Assembly: GCA_002748755.1 (NCBI GenBank)
Contig: PDTD01000017.1
Span: 4,747 to 36,746, forward strand
Length of the DNA: 32,000 bases
Reading direction: 5' to 3'
DNA from: Desulfobulbus propionicus
Lineage (GTDB): Bacteria > Desulfobacterota > Desulfobulbia > Desulfobulbales > Desulfobulbaceae
In this document: piece by piece, positions 1 through 9,221 of the stretch
How positions within the stretch are numbered: position 1 is the stretch's first letter
Layout: every line of letters starts with the position of its first letter
Made by a program: the position numbers and the translations under genes
The notes under the pieces: model-generated
Told to the model about the DNA's origin: nothing
The model's database searches: none
The model's input: only the letters and a program-made list of their open reading frames with translations

Positions 1-107
1 TCACCAACCGAAAGAACGGTTCCGGTTTCTTTCAGGTCGACATCACTTTCGTAGCCAGCGATTTGATCCTTAATAATCTGGCTAATTTCTTCGGCTTTGA
101 TCTGCAT
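1..107 (-). CDS. atpA: F1F0 ATP synthase subunit alpha, N-terminal fragment (gene continues beyond the window start)
   Basis: Read by hand on the minus strand from ATG at 107: MQIKAEEISQIIKDQIAGYESDVDLKETGTVLSVG, a typical AtpA N-terminus; immediately follows atpH. Confidence 0.9.
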   Translation of the reverse strand, partial: MQIKAEEISQIIKDQIAGYESDVDLKETGTVLSVG

Positions 108-111
108 TTGA

Positions 112-660
112 CTATTCTCTCCCCTTGATAGATTCTTTTAATCCATTAAGTTGTGTCCTTATACTTCCGTCCAGTACAAGATCACCGACCTTTGCGATGA
201 TGCCACCTATGATAGACGGGTCGACCTCAGTCTCAAGTATAACCTTATTACCTGTTATTTGCTCTAGAGTCTTCTGTATCTTACTCTGCAGAGATGCATC
301 CAGTTCAACGGCAGAAATGACTGACCCGTGACTGATATTCTGATCCCTGTCAAACATTACCTGCATCTCATAGGCAATGTCCGGGAGGATATCAGCACGT
401 TTTTTATCTACCAGCAAATTGAGAAAGCCTGTCATAAGAGTATCTGCCTCGACAGATTCAGCTATTTTAGCCATGACCTTCTGTCTCGCCTCAAGGGGGT
501 AGAGTGGATTTGTTAACGCATCCCCTACATTGGCAGCCCTATCATCATAAAAGGCGGCTATAGCGGCAAGAATCGCACTGTACTTCTCTGTTTTCCCCTG
601 CTCTTTTCCAAGCGAAAAAAGCGCCTTTGCATAACGGCGCGCTAATATCGTATTTCTCAC
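112..660 (-). CDS. atpH: F1F0 ATP synthase subunit delta
   Basis: 182 aa; N-terminal ARRYAKALFSL and C-terminal DPSIIGGIIAKVGDLVLDGSIRTQLNGLKESI are delta/OSCP hallmarks. Confidence 0.95.
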   Translation of the reverse strand: MRNTILARRYAKALFSLGKEQGKTEKYSAILAAIAAFYDDRAANVGDALTNPLYPLEARQKVMAKIAESVEADTLMTGFLNLLVDKKRADILPDIAYEMQVMFDRDQNISHGSVISAVELDASLQSKIQKTLEQITGNKVILETEVDPSIIGGIIAKVGDLVLDGSIRTQLNGLKESIKGRE

Positions 661-1379
661 TGTACCGTACCTACTCTTTCAAGGAACTGTTCAGTAATCG
701 CCACCTGATCATCAGCGGTGAGATTCTTAGCGATTATCTCCTCAGCCATTGCAGTCGCCCTCTCTGCGACCTCGTCTCGCAACATACGCTTGGCCTCTTC
801 AATCTCGGCATGGATTGAAGCCTCGGCATTGCGCCTGATGTCTTCAGCAGCTCGTTCGGCCTCTTTCAGAATACGCTGTTTTTCGTTTTCGGCCTGAGCG
901 ACAGCGCGCTCAACCACATTTTCCATCTCGTGTTCCATATCAGCCAGGCGGGATTCAAACGCGGCGTACTCTGCCTTTGCCGCTTCCTTCTGTGCCTCCA
1001 GCGTTTCAAGCTCGTCTTTAATTTGTTTTTGCCGACCACTGAGCCCTGAGGCAATGGGTTTGCTCAGAAAATAGACCAGCAAAGCAACAAGCCCCATAAA
1101 GTTCATGGTTCGCCAGAGGAGATCTTTCAGTTTTGCTGGAGAAAGAGAGTCAGCATGCGCCGCGTGATTATCTGCATGCACATCAGCAGCCTCATGACCA
1201 GCAGAGGCATCCTGACCGTCCGTCGCTCCATGGGCTGCCTGCACGGCCTGTTCGCTGTGCGTTGGCGCTGCATGGCCATCTCCCTCTTCCGTAACAGAGG
1301 CAAGTACTGATGCAGGAGTGCCAAAGATCAGCACCACCATCAGAACCGGCAATAGTTTTCCAACAATACGCAATCTCAT
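657..1379 (-). CDS. atpF: F1F0 ATP synthase subunit b with N-terminal signal-like segment and His/Ala-rich extension
   Basis: LLWRTMNFMGLVALLVYFLSKPI membrane segment followed by long charged helix; 4-bp overlaps with atpH and with the upstream b' gene. Confidence 0.9.
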   Translation of the reverse strand: MRLRIVGKLLPVLMVVLIFGTPASVLASVTEEGDGHAAPTHSEQAVQAAHGATDGQDASAGHEAADVHADNHAAHADSLSPAKLKDLLWRTMNFMGLVALLVYFLSKPIASGLSGRQKQIKDELETLEAQKEAAKAEYAAFESRLADMEHEMENVVERAVAQAENEKQRILKEAERAAEDIRRNAEASIHAEIEEAKRMLRDEVAERATAMAEEIIAKNLTADDQVAITEQFLERVGTVQ

Positions 1380-1807
1380 GCTTCCAGACTCCTCCCAAGT
1401 ATCTTTCCGGCCATATCCTTTGCAAAAACTTCTGTTTTCGCTTGCAGATCTTCTCTTGCGCTATCAATCTGCGAACGAATTTCAGCCAGTTTCTGCTCCT
1501 TCTCGCTGCCTACTTCGGTACGAATCGCAGCCAGCTTTTCAGCACCAGAGGCCTGAGCCGTCTCCCTGGCGCTGTCCAATGCCTTTTTCGCTTTATTGCT
1601 CGCCTCACGCATTTTGGCATCCAGCTCTGCCTGACGTTTCTTTGCGCGCTGCTCCAGCTCAACGACTTCGCCACCAAGTGCGCTTATTTTTTGCCTGCGC
1701 TTTTCCAGAATGCCGAGCACGGGTTTGTACAGAATAGCATTGAGTACAACCATCAACACTATCATATTGATGATGTGAATCACCATCGTACTATCAATTG
1801 AAATCAT
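1376..1807 (-). CDS. atpF': F1F0 ATP synthase subunit b' (second b-type subunit)
   Basis: 143 aa; single N-terminal TM and ILEKRRQKISALGGEVVELEQRAKKRQAELDAKMREA helix typical of b/b'. Confidence 0.85.
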   Translation of the reverse strand: MISIDSTMVIHIINMIVLMVVLNAILYKPVLGILEKRRQKISALGGEVVELEQRAKKRQAELDAKMREASNKAKKALDSARETAQASGAEKLAAIRTEVGSEKEQKLAEIRSQIDSAREDLQAKTEVFAKDMAGKILGRSLEA

Positions 1808-1974
1808 ACCTACTACTCCTTGCTACAGAAAAAGGCACAAGATAGCCAAACATTGCGAATGGCGGTTCATACGTCCAACTCGTACTACCAATACGAAAAG
1901 GAGTACTAATGAAAAATAATCCTACTGTCAAACCCTTTTTAAATAAAACTTATGGGTTTTTTCAGTTACGCTTG

Positions 1975-2979
1975 TTAACGGCTGACTGGTTGTTCCCGCA
2001 TGCTTTGCAGCAAGCGCTCCAGCCCCGCTGCGGTGGAAACCAGCGCTGTATACCCCAGTATTTTTTTGGCCTTGTCATGGTTGAACCAGTGCGACTTGGA
2101 CAATTGCTGGGCCACGAATCGAGTCATTTTGGGCTCACCAGCGAAAGAAAACAGGTCAAAAAGTCCCTCCAGCAGTCCACCAACACCGTAGGCCACAGGG
2201 TAGGAAACCCTTTTGTTGACCAGAGGGATGTTCAACTCCTGGAAGAGCGTATTCACCCACTCCCAAAGCACCACCGGATTTTCCTGACCAATAAAAAAGG
2301 CCTGTCGATCAGCACTGCCGGTCTGGTGAAGGTTTTTGGCAGCAAGGACATGGGCATGAACAACATTCTCAATATAGGTGATATCCACCTTGTTGTTGCC
2401 GGAGCCGACTTTTTTCAGCTGACCTGTACGTCCCCGCTCAACCAGTCTGGGGATAAGATGAGTATCACCAGGTCCCCACACAAGGTGCGGCCTTATGGCA
2501 CATGTTTTCAAGGATCGCTCCCGGAGTCCGAGAACACATTTTTCCGCCTCTATCTTGCTTGCTGCGTAATGACAAAGCGGTTTGGAGGCATAGGGCAACT
2601 CTTCGTTACCATTTTTAATATCCTGACCATCAAAGACCACCGAGGGCGTCGACGTATAGACCAGTACAGGCACCCTGTTCTGCAGGCAGCCAGCAAGAAC
2701 ATTCTGCGTTCCCTGTACATTAACAGAATAATACTCCTGTTTCCTGCCCCAGACACCGGCCTTGGCCGCCACATGGAACACCGTATCCACATCCACAGTG
2801 GCATTCAAAATTGATGCCGGATTACAAATATCTCCCTGGAAGCAGATTATGCCGAGGTCCGAGAGGTGTGGATACGGATTTCTCCCAATGACCCGAACCT
2901 CCAACCCCTGTTCCAGAAGATACCGGGCCAAAGCAAATCCCACAAAACCGTTGCCGCCGGTGACAAGCACTTTTTTCAT
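1975..2979 (-). CDS. oleD: NAD(P)-dependent 3-beta-HSD/epimerase-like dehydrogenase, OleD-like (2-alkyl-3-ketoacid reductase)
   Basis: GGNGFVGFALARYLLEQG Rossmann motif, YAASK catalytic motif; located next to OleC/OleB/OleA-like genes. Confidence 0.82.
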   Translation of the reverse strand: MKKVLVTGGNGFVGFALARYLLEQGLEVRVIGRNPYPHLSDLGIICFQGDICNPASILNATVDVDTVFHVAAKAGVWGRKQEYYSVNVQGTQNVLAGCLQNRVPVLVYTSTPSVVFDGQDIKNGNEELPYASKPLCHYAASKIEAEKCVLGLRERSLKTCAIRPHLVWGPGDTHLIPRLVERGRTGQLKKVGSGNNKVDITYIENVVHAHVLAAKNLHQTGSADRQAFFIGQENPVVLWEWVNTLFQELNIPLVNKRVSYPVAYGVGGLLEGLFDLFSFAGEPKMTRFVAQQLSKSHWFNHDKAKKILGYTALVSTAAGLERLLQSMREQPVSR

Positions 2980-3170
2980 CCTCTGAGACTCTCCCTTATT
3001 CCGTCCCTTTTTTTTGGCTCCAGCCCGTAATGTCCACTGACACCTGCCCTGCCCCTACCAGTTCACCCATGCTCTCTCACTTCTGGTATATACCTGAACA
3101 TCCCGGTACTCTGCGGTTTCTTGAGGTTGGAAGGCCTGATGCGGTCAGGCTGTTTACTGACAGTTTGCTC

Positions 3171-4826
3171 TCAACGGCCCTCGCCAAGTTGCCCTGCTGC
3201 CCAGTCCGCCAGCTTTTCCCTGAATATTTTGGCATTATGCCGGATATCCACAGGAAAAGCACCATGTACCAAAAAGGTCTCGATCGCCCTGGTATGGCTA
3301 TGGCTTTTCGCCAGCAAACGGAGTTCTCTAAAAAGCTGTTCTTGGTTTTGAATGGCACGCACTGGCTCGACCACTATCACAGGACGTTGGGCCCCTTTCT
3401 GCCCAACCCCCACCAGCGCTGAACGGAAAACGGCAGAATGCTGATTGAAGATAGCCTCGCACATTACGGAATAAAAAAGCGTGTCTCCGGCCAGCACCCT
3501 ATGCGCCTTTCTACCGCAAAACCAAAGCCGTTTCTGGTCATCCAGATAGCCGACATCGCCCATTCTGTGCCAGAATGTTCCAGTATCTTCAATTTTAGCC
3601 ATCTGGTTTTCGGTCTCATTGCCATCGTATGCACGGGTGACCACAGGCCCCCTGACCACGATCTCCCCGATTGTGCCGTTATTCAGCACAGAAACGTCCC
3701 GCCAGCGAGACACAGGCCCCTCCGATGGTTCGATAATTAAAACCTCAATACCCGGCAGCGCCCTACCCACACAGGTCCCTGCCCCTAAGACGGTCTGTTT
3801 CCAGGTCTGCTCCACGATTTCCCGCCCCTCCAGACAGACGATGGGCAGACATTCTGTAGCTCCGTAGGGCGTAAATATCTTGGCATCATCAGGCAACACC
3901 GTCTGCAACTCTTCTATAAGGTGTCCAGGCACAGGGGCTCCGGCCATCAAAATTTTTTGAAGCCCCAAGGTAATAGCATGCTCCAGGCAATACTTGCTCA
4001 CCACCTGCCAAATCGCTGGAGAACCAAAGGAGTAGGTCACCTGGTACTTCTGCAGACTGGCAACAAATTTTGCTGGATCCACTTGAGCCGGACGCGTTGG
4101 ATCCATATCAGGAATAACGGCCCTGGCACCCAGAGCGATGGAAAACAAACCAAAGAGAGGGAAACCCGGTTGATCGATATCGCTGCTGCTGATACCAAAA
4201 TAATCACGGATATACTGCAACTGAGTATGAAAAATGCCGTGGGTATATTGTACCCCTTTGGGCGGCCCCGTAGAGCCGGTGGTAAAGATAATTGCGGCCA
4301 GTGCATTGAACCTTGCTGCATGGGTTTCAGGATGCTCATCAATCGGAGTACCTTCCTCGCGATGCTGAGCAGGTGGCAGAGATGCTCCCCGCCACCAGAA
4401 CCATCCCTCCACACAGATTCTCAGTCTGACGCTCTGAAAGGGTTTGCGAAACAGAAGACTCACCAGAACGGCTTTGGGTATGCCGACAAGCACGTCAGGG
4501 CGCACCGATCCGATACAACGCAAAAGATTATTAAACCCCATCCCGGGATCAATAAGAATGACCACAGCCCCCAATTGGAACAGGGCAAAGGTGAGGGCAA
4601 TAAATTCCACTGATGGCCGAACCATCAGCATGACCCGGTCACCCGGCACTACTCCCTGGGCCAGGAGGCTGCTATGATACCCAGCGGTGATCCGGCCAAG
4701 CTCGGAAAAAGTCCAGGAATCCCAGGTGGTTCCTCGTCTAGCGGTCAGCGCGATCTTATGTTCGAGTTCCACGGCCAGATCCTGAAGGACCCGGGCGATA
4801 TTATAATCAGTCTGGGGTGTCTCCAT
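3171..4826 (-). CDS. oleC: AMP-dependent synthetase/ligase, OleC-like (beta-lactone synthetase)
   Basis: ANL motif IIFTTGSTGPPKGVQYTH, YGATECLP, DVGYLDDQKRLWFCGRKAHRV; gene context with OleA/B/D. Confidence 0.88.
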   Translation of the reverse strand: METPQTDYNIARVLQDLAVELEHKIALTARRGTTWDSWTFSELGRITAGYHSSLLAQGVVPGDRVMLMVRPSVEFIALTFALFQLGAVVILIDPGMGFNNLLRCIGSVRPDVLVGIPKAVLVSLLFRKPFQSVRLRICVEGWFWWRGASLPPAQHREEGTPIDEHPETHAARFNALAAIIFTTGSTGPPKGVQYTHGIFHTQLQYIRDYFGISSSDIDQPGFPLFGLFSIALGARAVIPDMDPTRPAQVDPAKFVASLQKYQVTYSFGSPAIWQVVSKYCLEHAITLGLQKILMAGAPVPGHLIEELQTVLPDDAKIFTPYGATECLPIVCLEGREIVEQTWKQTVLGAGTCVGRALPGIEVLIIEPSEGPVSRWRDVSVLNNGTIGEIVVRGPVVTRAYDGNETENQMAKIEDTGTFWHRMGDVGYLDDQKRLWFCGRKAHRVLAGDTLFYSVMCEAIFNQHSAVFRSALVGVGQKGAQRPVIVVEPVRAIQNQEQLFRELRLLAKSHSHTRAIETFLVHGAFPVDIRHNAKIFREKLADWAAGQLGEGR

Positions 4827-5688
4827 GGACCTTGGTAAAAAATCTATCCAACAGATGTTTCATTTGGGGAAAGGCGTCCTCCAGGATATAGTGGCCTGCC
4901 TGGGGAAAATAATGGGCTTCTGCATTGGGAAAACGTTGCTGCCACTGCCGATAAAAATGATCGTTAAAACAAAAATCCTTACCACCCCAGCAGATGAGCA
5001 TGGGCGTGTCGGCCAGCCGGGCCAGCCCGTACTCTATCCGCCGCAGCCTCTCATAGGAAGGATGGTCAGGGGAGAGAGGAATATCTCTGATAAAATCCAG
5101 CACTGCTTTCCTGTTTTTCCACGAATCATAGGGGGCAAGATAGCCTGCGGCAACCTGTCTGTCCAAAGGTTTACTGACAGCCATGTAACGAGCGGCCCCG
5201 GCAAACCCGTTCACCCCCCGCACCAACAGATCGCCAAGCAGGGGCACCTTGCAAAGCGCGATACGAAAAGGTATCCTGGTTGAACGAAAAGCTGCCGTGT
5301 TCAGCACCACCACTCCCCGGACCATTGAGGCATGCTCCACAGCCCAGCCCAGCCCAATGGCTCCGCCCCAGTCATGCACGACCAGAATGCACGCAGCAAT
5401 CCCCAAATGATCAAGCAGCTGTTCCAGGTGTTGAATACGGGTATCCAGTGTGTAGACGCAATGCTGCGGTTTATCAGAAAAACCACAACCGAGGTGGTCT
5501 GGCACGATAACCCTGTATTGCGGTGCAAACTCAGTCACGAGATGGCGGTACATATACGACCAGGTCGGATTGCCATGTACACAGACAATGGCAGGCCCCC
5601 GGCCCTCATCCAGGTAGGCCACTCTGTTGCCGTTCAGCTCGATATAATCCGGTTGAAACGGATATTGGACCAGTTGTTCTGTCACCAT
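4807..5688 (-). CDS. oleB: Alpha/beta hydrolase, OleB-like (beta-lactone decarboxylase, haloalkane-dehalogenase-like fold)
   Basis: HGNPTWSYMYRHL, VVHDWGGAIGLGWA nucleophile-Asp motif, DEPLGCGFSDKP-like region, terminal His in AGHYILEDA; overlaps oleC. Confidence 0.85.
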   Translation of the reverse strand: MVTEQLVQYPFQPDYIELNGNRVAYLDEGRGPAIVCVHGNPTWSYMYRHLVTEFAPQYRVIVPDHLGCGFSDKPQHCVYTLDTRIQHLEQLLDHLGIAACILVVHDWGGAIGLGWAVEHASMVRGVVVLNTAAFRSTRIPFRIALCKVPLLGDLLVRGVNGFAGAARYMAVSKPLDRQVAAGYLAPYDSWKNRKAVLDFIRDIPLSPDHPSYERLRRIEYGLARLADTPMLICWGGKDFCFNDHFYRQWQQRFPNAEAHYFPQAGHYILEDAFPQMKHLLDRFFTKVHGDTPD

Positions 5689-6716
5689 TGAAGCGCGAGA
5701 ATCATTGCATTAATACCGGAGCCAATGCCCATAAGCGCTGCATACTCCCCCGATCTGATGCCCCCCTGTTCCACCCCCAGCGCCATGGTTATGGGTGCAG
5801 AAACAGAGCCGACATTGCCAAGAAAAGGCAAGGTTTCAAAATTTTTTTCAGGATTTAGTTGGAGTTTTTCAAACAGCAGCCTGGCGTGGGCGCGACCGAC
5901 CTGATGACAAAAAAAGCGATCTATTTTCTCAGCAGGCCATCCCATGGTCGAGAGAAAATCCTGCCAACAGGCATGGGCAACGGCAACGCCCTGGTGCAGA
6001 AGCTCCTCGGACTCAGTGGACATCAGCGTGCCCTGTTCGGAATTCTGTCCGCCCTGGCAAAGGTTATTGCAGACTGTATTGGTCCGGCAGGAACCGCCAA
6101 GAAGATAATGTCCTGTATCAAGGACATCCTTGCGCGTCATGATCAGGGCAACCGCTCCAGAGCCGATGGTCAGGGATGCAAACAGATGCTTCACGCTTTT
6201 TCGGGTGAGACTGGTATCGGTTCGCATGGCAGTGAGCGTGGACTCAACCAGGTTCTCTGCCGTCTCTCCGGCCACGATAAGGCCAGAGCGAACCTGTCCC
6301 AGCTCCAGCATATTGGCCAGTACGACCACACCGTTGAGAAAGCCCAGGCATGCATTGGAGATATCAAAGATCTGGCAGGTTTGCGGCAAGCCAAGCTCTC
6401 GGTGGACAAAAGCAGCGGTGGCTGGCTCCATCATATCCCGGCAGACCGAAGTAAACAACAGACAACCCAGGTCCTCTGGAGGGATTCCGGCCTGTTCCAG
6501 AGCATGTCGGCCGGCGAGTATGGCGCCCTGACTTGGCCGGGTTCCCGGATGCCACAGCCGCCTGCTGGTGATCCCGCTCATCAGTTCCAGTCTGCCTGCC
6601 GGTAAATTCAGACGGTCATAAAGGCTTTCCAGCTGCTCCTCAATGGCAGTAGAAGTTATCTCTCTTGGCGGTAGGGCATAGCCGAAGTTATGAAGGCAGA
6701 CCTGAGAATAACGCAT
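5682..6716 (-). CDS. oleA: Thiolase-superfamily KS-III-like enzyme, OleA-like (head-to-head acyl condensation)
   Basis: Active-site Cys in DISNACLGFLNG, His in FFCHQVG, Asn in LGNVGSVSAP; OleBCD immediately downstream. Confidence 0.87.
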   Translation of the reverse strand: MRYSQVCLHNFGYALPPREITSTAIEEQLESLYDRLNLPAGRLELMSGITSRRLWHPGTRPSQGAILAGRHALEQAGIPPEDLGCLLFTSVCRDMMEPATAAFVHRELGLPQTCQIFDISNACLGFLNGVVVLANMLELGQVRSGLIVAGETAENLVESTLTAMRTDTSLTRKSVKHLFASLTIGSGAVALIMTRKDVLDTGHYLLGGSCRTNTVCNNLCQGGQNSEQGTLMSTESEELLHQGVAVAHACWQDFLSTMGWPAEKIDRFFCHQVGRAHARLLFEKLQLNPEKNFETLPFLGNVGSVSAPITMALGVEQGGIRSGEYAALMGIGSGINAMILALQW

Positions 6717-6847
6717 AAGACTCTTTCCATATCCGACAGTGCTCGCTTACACCGCCCTACATTCTTGCTCGTTCATGCATCCTGAACTGGTGTCATTGCT
6801 CCTTGCATACGCCCTCAGCGCCTGCAAGTGTTCATGAGTAATCCGGG

Positions 6848-7111
6848 CTAGTCCACTGTGTACCTGTTGGCCCAAGCAATAAGCAGGGCGAACAAGGCCA
6901 AATCGTCCAACATCCCTATAAGTGGAATCCATTCCGGTATAATATCATAGGGAACCAGGACATAGAGGAGTCCGGCCCCAAGGACTATTTTGACAAAGAG
7001 CGGCGTTGATGGGGATACAAATACCCGCCAGGCATGCCGAATCATGCCGATAACCTTCAAGGCTGTATTCGCCGGACCGATCATGGCCTCAGGTAACCAC
7101 TTTGCCGACAA
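6848..7111 (-). CDS. DUF1232 small membrane protein
   Basis: 87 aa; [31 protein letters not shown] matches the DUF1232 pattern; overlaps the end of the FabI-like gene by about 23 bp. Confidence 0.75.
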   Translation of the reverse strand: MSAKWLPEAMIGPANTALKVIGMIRHAWRVFVSPSTPLFVKIVLGAGLLYVLVPYDIIPEWIPLIGMLDDLALFALLIAWANRYTVD

Positions 7112-7889
7112 TCTCTGCGTCGTAATAATTCAGCCCCATACCGGCATCCACCACCAGACACTGTCCATTCATCCCCGAAGAACGGGGCGAAAGCAAAAAT
7201 GCCGCCACATTAGCCGCTTCAACGGTCTGGAGTGCACGTTTTCTCAAGGTGGCTTTTTCGGCGAACAGATACGAATCAATATATCCTGGTATACCCGCTG
7301 AAGCCGAGGTCTTCAGCAAGCCCGGACACACCGCATTGAAGCGTACCCCGGAAAAAGAGGAAAAACTTTTTGCCAGAAAGACGACAGAGGATTCCAAAGC
7401 GGCCTTAATAGGAGCCATGTACCCATAATTCTCGGCAGCCATACGGGTAGAGGAAATGGAAACAGTGACCACAGAGGCCTGCTGAGACAATAACGACTTG
7501 AAGTGATGAGCAATAGCCACAAGTGAAAAACAACTGATGTCCACGGCCTGCAAAAAATCTCTTTTCAAAGTCTGGTGGAAAGGCCGCACCCCTGCACTGT
7601 AGTTGGCAAAGGCTATGGAGTGTACCAGCCCATCGATGGTGGCGGCAGCCTCCTGTTTAATCTGATCCCGTACGGTGATAATATTGGCCTCATCTTCCAC
7701 GTCACAGGTAAAGACATGGGATCCGGGGAAAAGTTTTTTTGCCGCAGCAACCCTCGCCTCACTGCGGACCACGTGAATTACCTCTGCACCCGCTTCCACA
7801 AGCACAGTGCCGATGTGCGCCGCCACAGACTTTTTATTCGCCAGCCCGAAAACAACAACTTTTTTCCCCTCAAGTCCAAAGAAATCCAT
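7089..7889 (-). CDS. FabI-family SDR (putative enoyl-ACP reductase or related reductase)
   Basis: Rossmann N-terminus [15 protein letters not shown] and [15 protein letters not shown] (Y-x6-K as in FabI). Confidence 0.75.
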   Translation of the reverse strand: MDFFGLEGKKVVVFGLANKKSVAAHIGTVLVEAGAEVIHVVRSEARVAAAKKLFPGSHVFTCDVEDEANIITVRDQIKQEAAATIDGLVHSIAFANYSAGVRPFHQTLKRDFLQAVDISCFSLVAIAHHFKSLLSQQASVVTVSISSTRMAAENYGYMAPIKAALESSVVFLAKSFSSFSGVRFNAVCPGLLKTSASAGIPGYIDSYLFAEKATLRKRALQTVEAANVAAFLLSPRSSGMNGQCLVVDAGMGLNYYDAEIVGKVVT

Positions 7890-7891
7890 TT

Positions 7892-8341
7892 CTACCTCTT
7901 GAGTGCACAGGAAAAATCTACCTGAACCGCCACTTTGCCAGCCACCTTGACCGATCCTTTAAGAAACCAGGCCCCACCGACGGCCTCCTTCATGCCAGCC
8001 GACACGGTGATCGTGTCCCCTGGCCTAACCTCACGTTTGAACCTTGCCCCCTGAATCCGGGTTAACACAGGAACCCCTTCCTCCACTGCCTGATCTTCTC
8101 TTGCCTGTTCCAGCATAACACTGATAAGCAGAGCGCCAGCCTGAAAAACTGCCTCACAGAGGATGACACCGGGCACCAGGGGATACGCAGGATAATGCCC
8201 TTTGAACATCTCCAGCTCCGGTGGTATTCTTTTCTCCGCAACAATGCTGTCATCGTTGATCTCCACCACCCTGTCCAACCACAAAAAGGGTGGTCTGTGC
8301 GGAATCTTTTCATAAATATAGGACACCCCCTTGTCAGGCAT
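7892..8341 (-). CDS. FabZ-like hotdog 3-hydroxyacyl-ACP dehydratase
   Basis: [41 protein letters not shown] with the catalytic His and Glu. The ORF track starts at 8401, but ATG at 8341 gives a TGATG overlap with the upstream FabG stop, so 8341 is preferred. Confidence 0.85.
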   Translation of the reverse strand: MPDKGVSYIYEKIPHRPPFLWLDRVVEINDDSIVAEKRIPPELEMFKGHYPAYPLVPGVILCEAVFQAGALLISVMLEQAREDQAVEEGVPVLTRIQGARFKREVRPGDTITVSAGMKEAVGGAWFLKGSVKVAGKVAVQVDFSCALKR

Positions 8342-9078
8342 CACAGTCCCCCTGTTACCTCGAGGAGCGCACCATTGATATAGGAAGCTCTGGTACTGCA
8401 CAGGAAGAGGACAGCCTCTGCAACCTCATCGGGCCGCCCAAACCGCCTCTGGGGCACCATTTTTTTGTATTCCTGTAGCTGTGATTCAGAAAGATCGTCT
8501 ATCAGGTCAGTGGCTATAAAACCCGGAGAGACACAATTCACTGTAATTTTCTTTTTGGCAACTTCTTTACTCAGTGATTTAGCCAGCCCAACCTGTCCGG
8601 CCTTGGAAGCGGCATAATTGGCCTGACCCGGAAAACCCATGGCACCCATGGGCGAGGTAATGAAGACAATCCGGCCATATTTCTGCTGCATCATGAGCGG
8701 GACGACAAATCGAGACATATGAAAGCCACCACTCAGGTTCACCTCAAGAACCCGCTGCCAGTCTTCCGGTTTCATCATGGCCAGCACGGCATCCCGCCGC
8801 ACCCCCGCGTTGTTAACTAAGATATCAATGGTTGTAAACTGTTCCACCACCCATGTATAAAAATGCTCCACCGCCGTATAATCACTGACATCAAGCTGGT
8901 AGAGCTTCAGTGTTCCCGCAAGCAAAACAGCTTCTTTGGTCAGCTGTTGCGCCGCTGTCTTGTTGCCAGCATAAATTCCAATGACAGTTGCCCCCTGCTC
9001 CAGCAAAGCCCTGGTCACAGCTTTCCCAATCCCACGGGTGGCACCTGTCACGATAGCCTTTTTCCCCTCAAACTCCAC
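8341..9078 (-). CDS. FabG-like 3-oxoacyl-ACP reductase
   Basis: TGATRGIGKAVTRALLEQGA, NNAG, FITSPMGAMGFPGQANYAASKAG (Ser-Tyr-Lys). Confidence 0.88.
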   Translation of the reverse strand: MEFEGKKAIVTGATRGIGKAVTRALLEQGATVIGIYAGNKTAAQQLTKEAVLLAGTLKLYQLDVSDYTAVEHFYTWVVEQFTTIDILVNNAGVRRDAVLAMMKPEDWQRVLEVNLSGGFHMSRFVVPLMMQQKYGRIVFITSPMGAMGFPGQANYAASKAGQVGLAKSLSKEVAKKKITVNCVSPGFIATDLIDDLSESQLQEYKKMVPQRRFGRPDEVAEAVLFLCSTRASYINGALLEVTGGL

Positions 9079-9221
9079 AGTTCCCCCTTGTTATCTCCTC
9101 TCTCATATCCGTACCTTCTTCTTGAATCCAGACCAAGCACTCCCCAGTGGCACCTCGGTCTCCAGTTGTTTCAGCCTTAAACCTGCAGCGTGGTGTCCCT
9201 GTTCATAGCTGCAGATCCAGG

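Noticed and set aside
3438-4613. Long plus-strand ORFs such as 3921-4613, and similar ones opposite oleB, oleA, KS, alaS and acs
   Set aside because: Antisense to strongly supported conserved genes; sequences lack any recognisable domain.
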